The notes beneath the pieces are model-generated. The model was given only the letters and a program-made list of their open reading frames with translations, was not told the DNA's origin and made no database searches. This document shows positions 19,769-30,945 of a stretch of DNA of 64,000 nucleotides, in pieces. The position numbers and the translations under genes are program-made. The stretch spans positions 2,624,001 through 2,688,000 of the forward strand of contig OZ250165.1 in assembly GCA_965238005.1 (NCBI GenBank). Reading direction: 5' to 3'. The stretch comes from Longimicrobiales bacterium. GTDB taxonomy: Bacteria > Gemmatimonadota > Gemmatimonadetes > Longimicrobiales > Gaopeijiaceae. Position 1 is the stretch's first letter. Every line of letters starts with the position of its first letter.

Positions 19769-21574
19769 CTACCGGCCCCGCTTGATGATCGCCTCTTGGA
19801 TTTCGATGTACGTGCCCGCCGCATCGATGAACTGCAGATAGTTGATCGACGACGTCCGGTCGGCGTAGCCCTTGGATCGTCGGAAGAGCGTCAGCGCCTG
19901 CTGGAATATGGGCAGGGACCGGTTGGCCGTCTCCAGCGTCTCCTGTGATCCGACCGCCATCGCCCGGTAGTAGAGGCTGTAAGCGTGCCAGAAGTCGAAC
20001 TGCTCACGGGTCTGAGTTGTGACCTCGAACTCCTTGGCCTTGCGGATCAGCTCGATGAAGCGAGCGTAATTCTTCTGGGTAGGCTGGATGTTGGTCGAGT
20101 AGGCGTGGCTGAAGATCATGTTCGCCGCCCCATCCGCAGCAGAGCCATGCGTAACCGCACGATGCAGCACCGGCACCGCGTCATCGATGCGCCCGAGATC
20201 GATCAGCCAGTTCCCCATCCGCAGGTGCAGGTTCGGCCAGTCCGGGTCGATGCCCTCGATGGTGGAGAGGGCCTCTACGGCCTCGTCGATCTCACCGTTC
20301 TCCTTCAGGGCCTCCGCATAGATGGCCCAGAGCGTCGCCTCTTCGGCGTGCGACTCCAGCGCACGGCTGGAGAACTCGGCCGACGCCGCAGCGTCGCCCA
20401 GTTGGAGGTGGGCCGCGGCCACATTGCGTAGCTGGGTGACCAGGATCTCCTCACCCTTGGCCTCGAAGACCTTTTCGTACGCCCCGATGGCCTTGCGGTA
20501 GAGGTCGGCCACCTCCTGGGTCATGCCGTCTCCACCGTCGATCTGTGCTTTCTTGCGGACCTGCTCGGCGCCGGCGAAGGCGAAGTTCCCGACCTGCTCG
20601 TAGTAGTCGATGTTCTCCGGGTCGACCGCGATGCCCTCGTCGATGAGCTCCATGCCTCCGAGGGGGTCACCCTCCTGGGCCAGGTCATAGGCGACCTTCA
20701 TGCGCACCGAGGCGTTGGTCGGGTCGAGCTCCAGGTATTGGCGATAGTAGGCGCGAGCCGACCGCTCGTCGCCGAGGTTGATGGCCAGAAAGCCACCCAG
20801 GAGAAGCGCGTTCTCATGGAAGGGATCCTGCTCCAACAGACGCTTGATTTCTTCCAGCGACTCCTCGAAGCGATCCGTCTGGCGAAGCACGTCGGCACGA
20901 GTATAGCGAACCGAGTTCGCGCTGGGGTTCAGCTCGAGCGCCCGATCGCAGTTCTCGAGAGAGTTGTCCCACTGCTGGCTCTGGGCGTAGTCGCCGCAGA
21001 ACACAGCGACGCGAGTCTGCTCGACGAACAGCTTGAACCGATCGACGATCTGTGCCGCCGCCTGTTCTTCCTGCTTGTCGGCTGACGTAACGGCGTCGAC
21101 GACGAACTCCTCTCCGGTGCTGGTATCCACGAACTTGATGTTCTGGATATTCCACCGTTGCTTGGTCCCGGTGTACTCAGCACACAGCACGACCTCGTAG
21201 TTGGTCTGCTGCGCGAGCTGACGGGCCCGGATGCAGTTGAGGTCTTCCATCTTCATGTCGAACCGCTTGAGGGCGTCCTTGATCTCCTTCTCGCTCACGG
21301 CGGCGTGCGTATTCAGATCGCTGATCTGGTCCCTGAGCTTGTCGGCCAGCTTCTCACCGAAGCCTTTGTTCTCCCCGTTCATGGGGTGGACGTCGGGAAT
21401 GAGAACCCGAAAGCGGCCGCTCACGGTCTGCTGGGCCTCAACGGCCGTGCTACCCGTCACAGGCAACGCGAATAGCACGGCTGCGATAACACCCAGACGG
21501 CGACGTCCGGTCATCATCCTCACTCCTGGATGGAGCCCTGAAAACGTTGGCTCCTGCGGTCCCACCTGGGGCAC
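19769..21574 (-). CDS. Secreted tetratricopeptide-repeat protein
   Basis: Signal-peptide-like N-terminus; TPR-like helices (ALELNP, LLEQDP, YLELDP, IAVDP). Confidence 0.75.
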   Translation of the reverse strand: MPQVGPQEPTFSGLHPGVRMMTGRRRLGVIAAVLFALPVTGSTAVEAQQTVSGRFRVLIPDVHPMNGENKGFGEKLADKLRDQISDLNTHAAVSEKEIKDALKRFDMKMEDLNCIRARQLAQQTNYEVVLCAEYTGTKQRWNIQNIKFVDTSTGEEFVVDAVTSADKQEEQAAAQIVDRFKLFVEQTRVAVFCGDYAQSQQWDNSLENCDRALELNPSANSVRYTRADVLRQTDRFEESLEEIKRLLEQDPFHENALLLGGFLAINLGDERSARAYYRQYLELDPTNASVRMKVAYDLAQEGDPLGGMELIDEGIAVDPENIDYYEQVGNFAFAGAEQVRKKAQIDGGDGMTQEVADLYRKAIGAYEKVFEAKGEEILVTQLRNVAAAHLQLGDAAASAEFSSRALESHAEEATLWAIYAEALKENGEIDEAVEALSTIEGIDPDWPNLHLRMGNWLIDLGRIDDAVPVLHRAVTHGSAADGAANMIFSHAYSTNIQPTQKNYARFIELIRKAKEFEVTTQTREQFDFWHAYSLYYRAMAVGSQETLETANRSLPIFQQALTLFRRSKGYADRTSSINYLQFIDAAGTYIEIQEAIIKRGR

Positions 21575-21889
21575 CTCAGGAGCTTTGGCGAACTGATGGC
21601 CTCTTCATGGCTGTTGGTCTGGCATACAACATATACGGGGCGCAGACAAGGTCAACTGCCTTCTTCACATCCCTTCGTTTGTTTCATACCGCCGCAAGGC
21701 CCATTTTGTTACAATGCATGATTCCACGGTAGTGAGTGAATACTTCTGAGCCGGCGGGGTGCCCGACCCGCGCAGCTCCCCATCCTCGTCGACTCTCCCC
21801 AACCCCGACGCGCGGACTGTCCTCGGGAAAGGGGCCGTCCCACCCTTCGATCGCCGAGCGAATGGCGACTTCCCCTCGAGGCGGCCCCG

Positions 21890-22867
21890 GTGAGGGAGCT
21901 CGCCGTGAAGGCGTGGCGTCGTACGACTGGATCTCAGTGGCGCATTGGGCTTAGTCTTCGAGAGGGGGCGAGGCCATCTCCACCGTTCGTCAGGAGCCAC
22001 GTGTTGAATCCGCACCAATCATCGGCCTGCCTCGTGACTTCCGCCGGCCTCTGCACCATGGTCTTGCTCCCCGTAGTCGTGGCCAGCGCTTGCGTCGCCG
22101 GAGGAGGTCCGCCCTCGGCGGTCGTGGTCGCACCGGAGTCCGTGTGGCAGCGTCTGAACCGGCCGCGGCCCCAGCCCCTGGCCGACGCCCCCCGGATATC
22201 CGTGGCCGAACTGGTCCTTCTTGGAAGCGCTTGGCCCGGCGAGTCTGCGGTGTCGCCGTCCATCGGGCTTCAAGAGCTGGTGGCCGCGGGGCTGATTCGC
22301 CGCCGGGACGTACAGTTCGTGGAGCGGAGACGCTTCGCGGCCGCCGTGGAGCGAGAAGCCCAGGGCCTGCCCCGACTGCGGAACTCGCCGCCCACCGGAG
22401 TCTCCCTCGGGGCCGAGCTCCAGCTCGCGGGAAGCTGGATCCCCACCGGCGATTCGGCCACGCTGGACCTGAGGTTGGTCGATGTAGAGACCAGCGCGGT
22501 GGTGGCGGGTTGGAGGACCACGACCCCACAGGGGATCGATCCAACGAGTGTGGCCCGGACCATCGTCGGGTCCACGGTCTCCGCCCTTCGGGGCCTGGGC
22601 CGTGTAACGGTGTGGAGTGATCCACTGGTGAGCGACGCCGTCGATCCCGCTCCTACCACCTTCACCCCCTCCGGAGTGCCGGCGGAAGCCGTGGCCGCAT
22701 TCTTCCGGGGCGTCGAAGCCGAAGACCGGTTCGACTGGGAGGAAGCACGCCGTGCCTACCAGGAGGCCACGGAAATCGCGGCCCCCGCTTTCTTCGAGCC
22801 CGATGTGGCTTTGGCCCGGGCGGCCCGACTGCGGGCCGGAGGGACGCTGGGCGCCAGCGACGATTGA
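21890..22867 (+). CDS. Putative lipoprotein, CsgG/TolB-N-like assembly domain
   Basis: VASAC lipobox-like, VQFVERR and LRLVDVET motifs; true start uncertain. Confidence 0.45.
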   Translation: MRELAVKAWRRTTGSQWRIGLSLREGARPSPPFVRSHVLNPHQSSACLVTSAGLCTMVLLPVVVASACVAGGGPPSAVVVAPESVWQRLNRPRPQPLADAPRISVAELVLLGSAWPGESAVSPSIGLQELVAAGLIRRRDVQFVERRRFAAAVEREAQGLPRLRNSPPTGVSLGAELQLAGSWIPTGDSATLDLRLVDVETSAVVAGWRTTTPQGIDPTSVARTIVGSTVSALRGLGRVTVWSDPLVSDAVDPAPTTFTPSGVPAEAVAAFFRGVEAEDRFDWEEARRAYQEATEIAAPAFFEPDVALARAARLRAGGTLGASDD

Positions 22868-22952
22868 GGGTGGCCGGGAAGCTCTCGTGGCCACGCCCGA
22901 ACCCAGACGGTACCTTCCTCGACCGGAAGTCTCACCGAAGCCGTTGGAGTCG

Positions 22953-25040
22953 ATGCCGAACGGAGACCTCCTTCACGTCCTGCTGGTCGAGGACAATCCC
23001 GGTGAGCGGTGGTTGTTCTCTGAGATCCTCCGCTCCCGCGGGCACGTCGTCACGGCATGCGAGGACGGGGAGGCGGCGTGGGATGCGTTCCAGGAACAGT
23101 TCGCTCATCTGTTGCTGCTGGACCTCGTCCTCCCCGGCATCGACGGGCTGGAGCTCACCCGGCGCATACGCGAGAGCCCGGGAGGAGACCAACCGGTCAT
23201 CCTCGTGGTGACGGGAAAGAATGAGCCCGACGTCCTCGAGTCGGTACTGGAGGCCGGTGCCAACGATTACGTGGCCAAGCCCGTGGACATCGCCCTGCTC
23301 AACATCCGCCTGGCCGTGGCGGAGCGCGAGGTCCAGACGCAGGCGGAGCGGAAGGCGACCCAGGCTGAGCTGCACGCCACGACCAGCGAGCTGAGCACCC
23401 TCTTCGAGAACCTGGACGAGGTCTTCTTCTCGGTGGACGTCCCCGAGGATCGCCTCATTCAGGTGTCACCGGCCGCTCAGGCGGTCCTCGGCGTCAAGCC
23501 CGAAGAGCTCTTGGAGAACCCGGACCTGTGGCACGAGGTCCTCTATCCTGCCGTACTCACGAACGCGGACTCGATCCTCGTCCAGGTGGATCCGGGCGAC
23601 TCCTTCGCGCACAGCTACCAAACACAGACGTCCACGGGAGAGGATCGTTGGGTCGAGGCCACCCTCAAGCCCCACCTTGGGAAGGACGGATGCCTCGGCC
23701 GCATCGACGGCATCATATCGGACGTGACGGACCGGCATCAGGCCCAGGAAGAGCTGGCCGCACAGAATGAGGAGCTCACCACCCTGTACCGTATCTCCGA
23801 GCTCTCTCTCGCGGCCGAGAGCCTCGGAGAGGCCTTGGACGACATTCTCGAGGAGGTGAGCCGGGTCACCCGCTTCCCCATCGTCGCGATCGAGCGCTAC
23901 GACGCGGAGCGGGACGTCATGGTCTTCACCGCCGCCAAGGGGCTCACGCTGCCGGAGGATGGGGAGCCACTCGTGATCCCCGTGTACAAGACCCTTTCCG
24001 GCGTCGCCGTTCAGAAGCGTCAGCCGGTGGTGGAGCGGGATGCCCGTTTCAAGAAGCGTCATGCGGCGGATGTCTTTCACGACCTCGGCGTGCAGACGTA
24101 CATGGCTTTTCCCATGGTGATCGGCGGCGACGTGGTCGGCACTTTGACGCTGGCCCACACTGAGGCCGTGGAGCCGGATCGGTGGGTCATGCGTCTGGCG
24201 ACCAGCCTGGCGCACACCATTGCGGGGCTCATGGAGCGGGTGGGTGCGGCCCAAACGCTCAGAGAGAGTGAGACGGAGTTCCGAACCCTCGCCGGACAGC
24301 TGCAGCAGGCCAACGACCAGCTCGAAGCCTTTGCGTACTCGATCTCCCACGATCTGCGCACACCCCTCCGCACCATGACCGGCTTCGCCCACGCCCTTAT
24401 GGACACCCTGGGCGAGGGCGCGAACAGAGACGCGAAGCACTTCGCCGAGAGGATCATCGTGTCGGGCGCCTGGGCCGAGGACCTGATCTCCGACCTCCTG
24501 GACTACAGCCGCCTGAGCTTCGAAGCGCTGGAGCTTCAGCCCATCGACCTGAAGGAGGTCATCAGCACCGTCATGGAGCAGGTGGGACCGGCGCTGAAGG
24601 AGGTCGAAACGGAGATCACCATAGACGGAGACCTTCCCACGGTCATGGCCCAGAAGACCATCCTCGCGCAGATCCTGGCCAACCTGGTGACCAACGCGGC
24701 CAAGTTCGTGCCCGAGGAGCGCTCCCCCGAAATCGTCATCCGATGCGATGAGCGGGAGGAGCGCGTGCGAGTCTGGGTGGAAGACAACGGGATCGGTGTT
24801 CCCGAGGGTCAGGAGGACCGGATCTTCGGCGTCTTCGAGCGGCTCGACCAAGCCTCCGACCGGCCCGGTACCGGAATCGGACTGGCCATCGTCCGCCGGG
24901 GCATGGAGCGTATCGGCGGGGAGACAGGAGTCGAGCGACGGGCCGTGGGGAGCGCCTTCTGGGTCGACATTCCCAAGGAGCTCAAGCGGGGCTGGCGGCC
25001 CTGGGTCCGACACCGGGACCGAGCCGACACCGAGTCATGA
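22953..25040 (+). CDS. Hybrid sensor histidine kinase (REC-PAS-GAF-HisKA-HATPase)
   Basis: LLVEDN..LLDL..P..DG..KP receiver; SHDLRTPL H-box; NAAKF, DNGIG, GTGIGLA. Confidence 0.9.
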   Translation: MPNGDLLHVLLVEDNPGERWLFSEILRSRGHVVTACEDGEAAWDAFQEQFAHLLLLDLVLPGIDGLELTRRIRESPGGDQPVILVVTGKNEPDVLESVLEAGANDYVAKPVDIALLNIRLAVAEREVQTQAERKATQAELHATTSELSTLFENLDEVFFSVDVPEDRLIQVSPAAQAVLGVKPEELLENPDLWHEVLYPAVLTNADSILVQVDPGDSFAHSYQTQTSTGEDRWVEATLKPHLGKDGCLGRIDGIISDVTDRHQAQEELAAQNEELTTLYRISELSLAAESLGEALDDILEEVSRVTRFPIVAIERYDAERDVMVFTAAKGLTLPEDGEPLVIPVYKTLSGVAVQKRQPVVERDARFKKRHAADVFHDLGVQTYMAFPMVIGGDVVGTLTLAHTEAVEPDRWVMRLATSLAHTIAGLMERVGAAQTLRESETEFRTLAGQLQQANDQLEAFAYSISHDLRTPLRTMTGFAHALMDTLGEGANRDAKHFAERIIVSGAWAEDLISDLLDYSRLSFEALELQPIDLKEVISTVMEQVGPALKEVETEITIDGDLPTVMAQKTILAQILANLVTNAAKFVPEERSPEIVIRCDEREERVRVWVEDNGIGVPEGQEDRIFGVFERLDQASDRPGTGIGLAIVRRGMERIGGETGVERRAVGSAFWVDIPKELKRGWRPWVRHRDRADTES

Positions 25041-25172
25041 TGTGCAAGCGGCCCCAGCCGGGGGCCGTCTCCCGGTAAGATCTGGCCGGGGGATCCCGAG
25101 CGCGCTTGCCCGGGGCGTACGTGGATCCGAAGTTTCGCGTATCCTTCGAGTCTACTACACACGGGAGAGTGC

Positions 25173-26000
25173 ATGTTCGAAGGCCCCTTCGAGCTTGATC
25201 CGACGCTTTCAGAAGCGCCCTACGACACCGGACCCGGTGACCCCGCGCCAGCTGGGAAGCTTGAGATCATCGGCCACCGAGGCTACGCGGCAGTGGCACC
25301 CGAGAACACCCTAGCCTCCCTCGAAGCCGCGCTGGCGGCCGGCGTCCGGGCAGTTGAGTTCGACTTGCACGTAGCGTCGTGCGGGACCCCCGTTCTGTTC
25401 CACGACGTGAACCTCGGCCGCACTACGAACGGCGTGGGACCGGTGCGACGCCGGACCCTGGGACAGCTCCAGGCCCTGGACGCCGGCAAGTGGTTCTCGG
25501 CCGCATTCGCCGGAGAGAAGGTCCCCTCCCTGACGGAGGCTCTCGACGCGCTCAATGGTCGGGTCGATCGCATCTACCCGGAGGTGAAGGGGTTCCGAGA
25601 GCTGGAGGATCTGGACCGCATGGTCCGCCTGGTTCGTGAGGCCGACCTCGTAGATAGGACAACCTTCATCGGCATGGACTGGAACATCCTGGACCGCATT
25701 CGTGGTCAGGAGCCGGGCTTGGGCATCGGCTTCATCGTCGAGACCGCCGATCGGTTCGATGAAGCCTTGGAGCGTGCCAAGAAGGACTCGAAGGCCATTC
25801 TCGACCTGAGTCACAGCCTCGCCCTCGAGGACCCGTCCATGGTCGAGCGGACGCGAGAGGCGGGGATCGATGTGGCCGTATGGACCGTCAACGATCCCGA
25901 CGAGGCGACACGCCTCGGGGAGGTCGGGGTCACACGTTTCACCACCGACCACGTCGAGCGGCTCCTCCAATGGGGTCGGCTTCTGAACCGCGACGCGTGA
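25173..26000 (+). CDS. Glycerophosphodiester phosphodiesterase
   Basis: IIGHRG, PENTL, EFDLH, FHD, WTVND, FTTD. Confidence 0.92.
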   Translation: MFEGPFELDPTLSEAPYDTGPGDPAPAGKLEIIGHRGYAAVAPENTLASLEAALAAGVRAVEFDLHVASCGTPVLFHDVNLGRTTNGVGPVRRRTLGQLQALDAGKWFSAAFAGEKVPSLTEALDALNGRVDRIYPEVKGFRELEDLDRMVRLVREADLVDRTTFIGMDWNILDRIRGQEPGLGIGFIVETADRFDEALERAKKDSKAILDLSHSLALEDPSMVERTREAGIDVAVWTVNDPDEATRLGEVGVTRFTTDHVERLLQWGRLLNRDA

Positions 26001-27649
26001 TGTCTTCGTCCCCCTTCGCGGGCTCTGCGGGTCGTTGGGAGGCCCTGGGAAAACTGGGCAGGCAGCGTCTCGACCTCCTGATCATCGGCGGCGGCATCAC
26101 AGGGTGCGGGGTCGCTCGTGACGCGGCTCTCCGGGGCTGGACCGTCGGCCTCGTGGAGAAGGAGGACTTCGGGTTCGGCACGTCCAGCCGCTCGTCGAAG
26201 ATCGTGCACGGTGGACTCCGGTACCTGGAGTACGGGCACTTCCTCCTTGTGAGGGAGGCGGCTCAGGAACGGGAGATTCTGCGCACTATCGCCCCTCACC
26301 TCGTGCATCCCCTGGCATTCATGTACCCGGTCTTCGAAGGTGAGAGCCTCATGAAGATTCGAGCCGGGCTGACCGTCTTCGATTACCTGGCCAGCACCGA
26401 CGGAAAGGACAAACACACGAACCTCTCTCCCGAAGAGGTCCGCGAGCAGCTCCCGGGACTCCGCGAGCGGCTCAAGGGAGGGGTCCGTTACCTCGAGTAC
26501 ATCACCGACGACGCCCGTCTCACCCTGGAGAACGCCCAGTCTGCGGCTCAGTATGGAGCGCTGGTGGTCAACCACGCCCGGGCCGGCGAGCTGAGGATGG
26601 AAAAGGGTCGAGTGGTCGGGTGCCAGGTGACCGACACTCTCGAGGGGACTGTGGTGGACGTGACAGCACGCGTCACGGTGAATGCCACCGGGGCCTGGTG
26701 CGGGGAAGTTCTGGCCGAGGGGGCGATAGCGACGGAGCACCCTCTCATCCCCAGCAAGGGCATCCACATTCTGCTGCGGGCCGAACGGCTCCCCATAACC
26801 GGGGCGACGTTCCTGCGGGCCACCAACGGCAAGCGCGGACTCGCCATGCGACGGCTTGACTACGTGTACGTGGGCACGACGGACACCGAGTACGATGGGC
26901 CACTGGACCGGCCTCGTGCCACCAGGGCCGACGTCGACGAGGTACTCGAGATGGTCCAGGACTGTTTTCCCGCTCAGAATCTCAGCCATGAGGACGTGCT
27001 GGCGACATGGGCCGGGGTGCGGCCTCTCATCCGCGAGGGGGGAAGAAGCACGCGGGATACCTCCCGCGAGGATGCAGTGTGGCACTCGCCTCCGGGCTTG
27101 ATCAGCATCGCGGGCGGAAAGCTCACCACGTACCGGCAGATGGCGCAGAGGGTCCTCGCAATTGCCGATGCCGAGCTGGGCCCGGCTCCGGGCCTTCCGG
27201 AACGCACGACCACAGTGCCGCTCCCGGGGGCGGACGTGGGGCCCGACGGGATGGACGAGTTCCGGGCGGATCGGAGCCGGAGTCTTTTGGAGATGGGCGT
27301 CGCGCCGGCGATCGTCGATCGCCTCTGCTGGCTCTACGGGAGGCAGTTGGACGACTTCATCGCCCTCGCCGCCGAAGACCCGTCCTGGCTCGAGCCGCTC
27401 CATCCCGACGTATCAGCTCTCAGAGCCGAAGTCCGGAACGCAGTGACCCACGAGATGGCCCGGACGCTCACGGACTTCATGGACCGGCGAGCGGCCCTCC
27501 TCCTCTTCAGCGACAACTTCGGCCTCGCGGCAGCCGAAGCCGCAGCCGACATCATGGCCGAGGCGTTGGGGTGGCATGCGGACCGCAAGACGCAGGAGCT
27601 CAAGGATTACCACGCCCTGGCCGTCGAGCACGGCTTCCCCTCCGACTGA
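26000..27649 (+). CDS. glpD: FAD-dependent glycerol-3-phosphate dehydrogenase
   Basis: GGGITG, GTSSRSSKIVHGGLRYL, DDARL, GGKLTTYR. Confidence 0.92.
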   Translation: MSSSPFAGSAGRWEALGKLGRQRLDLLIIGGGITGCGVARDAALRGWTVGLVEKEDFGFGTSSRSSKIVHGGLRYLEYGHFLLVREAAQEREILRTIAPHLVHPLAFMYPVFEGESLMKIRAGLTVFDYLASTDGKDKHTNLSPEEVREQLPGLRERLKGGVRYLEYITDDARLTLENAQSAAQYGALVVNHARAGELRMEKGRVVGCQVTDTLEGTVVDVTARVTVNATGAWCGEVLAEGAIATEHPLIPSKGIHILLRAERLPITGATFLRATNGKRGLAMRRLDYVYVGTTDTEYDGPLDRPRATRADVDEVLEMVQDCFPAQNLSHEDVLATWAGVRPLIREGGRSTRDTSREDAVWHSPPGLISIAGGKLTTYRQMAQRVLAIADAELGPAPGLPERTTTVPLPGADVGPDGMDEFRADRSRSLLEMGVAPAIVDRLCWLYGRQLDDFIALAAEDPSWLEPLHPDVSALRAEVRNAVTHEMARTLTDFMDRRAALLLFSDNFGLAAAEAAADIMAEALGWHADRKTQELKDYHALAVEHGFPSD

Positions 27650-27758
27650 GCTGCGGGAGCACGACCCGGGCGGCCCGACCTCGTCCTGCGTCGCTCGCGC
27701 GTCTTCCACGCCCCGTCTCGTTGAACTCCGGCCCCCGATCCGCTACCATCGATGAGAG

Positions 27759-28904
27759 TTGAAAACGATTCTCAACCTCATTTGCAACATGTCGATCATT
27801 GATCTGGATAAGGTAGAAAAGCGCTATTGGCCCGGGCCCGTCGAGGCTCTGGTCAATGTGTCGATGGACGTTCGGCAGGGCGAGATCCTCACGCTCCTGG
27901 GCCCGAGCGGGTGCGGCAAGACCACCACGCTCCGGCTCATCGCCGGCTTCGAGGCGCCTGACGAGGGTGAGATTAGGATTCTGGATAGGTCCGTAGCAGG
28001 CGACGGAGACTGGGTGCCGCCGGAGGATCGCGGCGTCGGGATGGTCTTTCAGGATTACGCCCTCTTCCCCCACCTCACCGTGGGCGAGAACGTCATGTTC
28101 GGGCTCCACGCCCGGCAGGCGTCCGACCGGCCTCGCCGCGCCCGGGAAGTGCTCGACCTTCTGGACCTGTCCCATCACTTCGACCGCTACCCACACGAGC
28201 TCTCTGGCGGGCAGCAGCAGCGAGTGGCTCTGGCGAGAGCCATCGCCCCGGAGCCTGTCGTCGTCCTCATGGACGAGCCCTTCAGCAATCTGGACGCCCA
28301 CCTGCGGGACAACGTGCGGGACGAGGTGGTGGGGAGCCTTCGGTCGGCCGGCGTTACGTGCGTGCTGGTGAGCCACGACCAGCGCGACGCCCTGGCCATC
28401 TCGGATCGGGTAGCGGTCATGAACCAGGGGAGGATTGAGCAGATCGGGACGCCACAGGAGATCTACAAGCACCCGGAGTCCATCTTCGTGGCGACCTTCG
28501 TGGGCCGGACAAACCTCCTGCAGGGCCTGATCCAGGGCGTCGACGGGTGCGTGCTCACCGACTTCGGATCCTTCTGCCGTGTGGACCGATCCGGCCTGCC
28601 GGACGGTGCGCCGGTCATGGTGGCCGTGAGGCCCGAGGGTTTCGAGCCTTCCGAGCACGGAATGCTCCGGGGCGCGATCACCTCCACGACGTATACGGGG
28701 AGCAACGTCGAGGCCCAGGTGGAGATTCCCACGAACGCCGGAGGCCACCGGACGCTCACGGTGCACTTGCCCACTAACCAGTCCTACTCGACCGGTGACA
28801 CCATCCGCCTGGCCCTCGACCCGGACTATGCCTCCGTGGTGCGCAATTCGTGCGAGGCCTTGGGCTTCAGTCGGGTTCCGGCGCCATCACCGCCGCCGGC
28901 CTGA
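27759..28904 (+). CDS. ABC transporter ATP-binding protein (Fe3+/polyamine type)
   Basis: GPSGCGKT, VFQDYALFPHL, LSGGQQQR, MDEPFSNLD. Confidence 0.9.
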   Translation: MKTILNLICNMSIIDLDKVEKRYWPGPVEALVNVSMDVRQGEILTLLGPSGCGKTTTLRLIAGFEAPDEGEIRILDRSVAGDGDWVPPEDRGVGMVFQDYALFPHLTVGENVMFGLHARQASDRPRRAREVLDLLDLSHHFDRYPHELSGGQQQRVALARAIAPEPVVVLMDEPFSNLDAHLRDNVRDEVVGSLRSAGVTCVLVSHDQRDALAISDRVAVMNQGRIEQIGTPQEIYKHPESIFVATFVGRTNLLQGLIQGVDGCVLTDFGSFCRVDRSGLPDGAPVMVAVRPEGFEPSEHGMLRGAITSTTYTGSNVEAQVEIPTNAGGHRTLTVHLPTNQSYSTGDTIRLALDPDYASVVRNSCEALGFSRVPAPSPPPA

Positions 28905-28930
28905 TTCTCAGGTCGATCCCCAGAGGATCG

Positions 28931-30706
28931 TCAGGCAGTCCTGGTCTCTCGATGAAGAGGTAGCACGAAGGAGAACGTGCTCCCCTCTCCCACCTCGGTG
29001 TCCACCTGGACCTGGGCGCCATGGGCCGCCAGGATCCCCTCAACGATAGCGAGGCCCAGACCGGCACCGCCCCCTCCGGAACGGTGGCCCTTCCAGAAAC
29101 GGTCGAAGAGGTGCTCGCGCATCTCGGGCTCGATACCGGGGCCCGTATCCTTCACGGCCACGAGAACACCTCCCTCGGCGCCAGAAGCGGAGACCGTGAC
29201 CTTCCCCCCGTCGGGCGTGAACCTCAGAGCGTTCACGATGAGGTTCGACATCACTTGAAGGATGCGATCGCGATCCGCCTCCACCCGCGGTAGCTCTGGA
29301 TCGATCTCCCCGCACAGGCGGACGGCCTCCTCATCGGCTCGCGAGCGGGCCGACGCCACGGCTTCCTCGAGCATCTCGATCGTCTCTACCGGCTTCTGCC
29401 AAACAGAGAGCCGTCCGGCCTCGATCTGCGCCACATCCAAGAGGTCCTGGATCATGCGGTTGATCCGGTCCGCGGCTCTCTGGATGATGTCGAGGTGCTC
29501 ACTCCGCTGCTCCGACGGAAGCGGCACGTCGGCGAGGAGCTCGGCAGCGGCCGCAATCGTTCCCACGGGATTCCTGAGGTCGTGCGAAACCACGGCCAGC
29601 ACCTCGTCCCGGGCTCGGACGGCTTCACGCAGCGCCTGCTCGGCTTCGCGAATCTCAGTCATGTCGGTCATCGTCAACACGACCCCTCGGACCTCCAGCC
29701 CGTCCGTCATAGGGCTGACGCTGAGTTGCACGGGGAAGGACGACCCGTCCTTGCGCCAGATGACGTCATCCAGGACGCGGACAGTTTCGCCCGTCGCCAG
29801 AGATGTCCGGACGGGGCATTCCTCTTCGGGGTGAGGGGTCCCGTCGGGCCGCGTGTGGTGGATCAGCGAGTGGATCGGCCGACCCCGCAGCTCCCTCGGC
29901 GTGTATCCCAGCAGCTCGGTGCCGGCCTCGTTCAGGAAGGTACAGTGGCCATCCAGGTCGAGGCCTACGAGCACATCGCCCGTCCCTCTCAGGACCGCAC
30001 GGAGCTCTCGACGAGCCGCCACCGTCTCCTGGCGTCGTCGGGTCTCGTTCCGAACCAGCTCCTGCAGCCGAAAGCCCACGATCCCCATGGCCGCCGCCCC
30101 CACGATGGCCAGGGCGATGGTGCCGATGGTGACCCAGACTTGAATGAGGGTCTGCCGATCCAATCTGATAGCCGTCGATGCGGCGTCACGGATCAGACGG
30201 TCCTCGAATGCCCGCGTCTCCGCGCGGACGGCCTCGTAACGGGCCCGATCGTCGTCCAGTCTCTCTCCGAAGTCCTGTGGACGGATGCCGATTGCCCCAC
30301 CCTCCATGAGAGGCGCGTGAAGCACTTGCCATTCGCTGATGCGCATCTCGAGCTGACTGAGCTCACGGAGGTAGGAGAACGACGAGGGCATCTCTCCGAT
30401 CACCTGCTGCAGCTCGTCCAGCCGCGCGGTCTCCCTTTCGAGATCTTCCCGATAGAGGCTCAGGTACGTCGAATCACCCGTGGCCACATATTGCTCCACG
30501 CGCATCATCTGATTGGAGTGGGAGAGGGCGATCTCGGGGATCAAGGGCCGGGCCTCGGTGAAAATGTCGATGTCCCGTCTGAGATCGGCCTGCTGGCGCT
30601 CGAGGAACCACGGAATCAAGGCCAGGGAGAGCAGGGCAGCGAAGGACACTCCCAGAAAGAGGATCCATCCTGACCGCGCTACCCGCGGCTCGCTGCTAGA
30701 GGCCAT
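28931..30706 (-). CDS. Membrane PAS-domain sensor histidine kinase
   Basis: Two TMs, PAS region, SHDLRNP, NALRF, DTGPG, GAGLGLA. Confidence 0.9.
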   Translation of the reverse strand: MASSSEPRVARSGWILFLGVSFAALLSLALIPWFLERQQADLRRDIDIFTEARPLIPEIALSHSNQMMRVEQYVATGDSTYLSLYREDLERETARLDELQQVIGEMPSSFSYLRELSQLEMRISEWQVLHAPLMEGGAIGIRPQDFGERLDDDRARYEAVRAETRAFEDRLIRDAASTAIRLDRQTLIQVWVTIGTIALAIVGAAAMGIVGFRLQELVRNETRRRQETVAARRELRAVLRGTGDVLVGLDLDGHCTFLNEAGTELLGYTPRELRGRPIHSLIHHTRPDGTPHPEEECPVRTSLATGETVRVLDDVIWRKDGSSFPVQLSVSPMTDGLEVRGVVLTMTDMTEIREAEQALREAVRARDEVLAVVSHDLRNPVGTIAAAAELLADVPLPSEQRSEHLDIIQRAADRINRMIQDLLDVAQIEAGRLSVWQKPVETIEMLEEAVASARSRADEEAVRLCGEIDPELPRVEADRDRILQVMSNLIVNALRFTPDGGKVTVSASGAEGGVLVAVKDTGPGIEPEMREHLFDRFWKGHRSGGGGAGLGLAIVEGILAAHGAQVQVDTEVGEGSTFSFVLPLHRETRTA

Positions 30707-30945
30707 CGATGCCTTTCCTCACGGAGCCGGGCCCTCTCCGTCAATCGCGAGGGCGCACGAAACCTGCTCGCGACCCTAGTGTCCCGTTACCAAAGTGTCT
30801 CGGCCAGTCGAGGGCACGGTGCATCCGTGTACGGAACCCTAGACGAGTGCACGAACCTACGCCGCTTGCACAAAGTGAGCACCTGTTATGTGAGTGGTAG
30901 ACACCCCGGAGTGTTCCACGGGACGGATCTGGTCGTCGGCCACCC

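Noticed and set aside
27759..28904. Orphan ABC ATPase as a novel system
   Set aside because: Separated ATPase genes are common; partners are probably elsewhere
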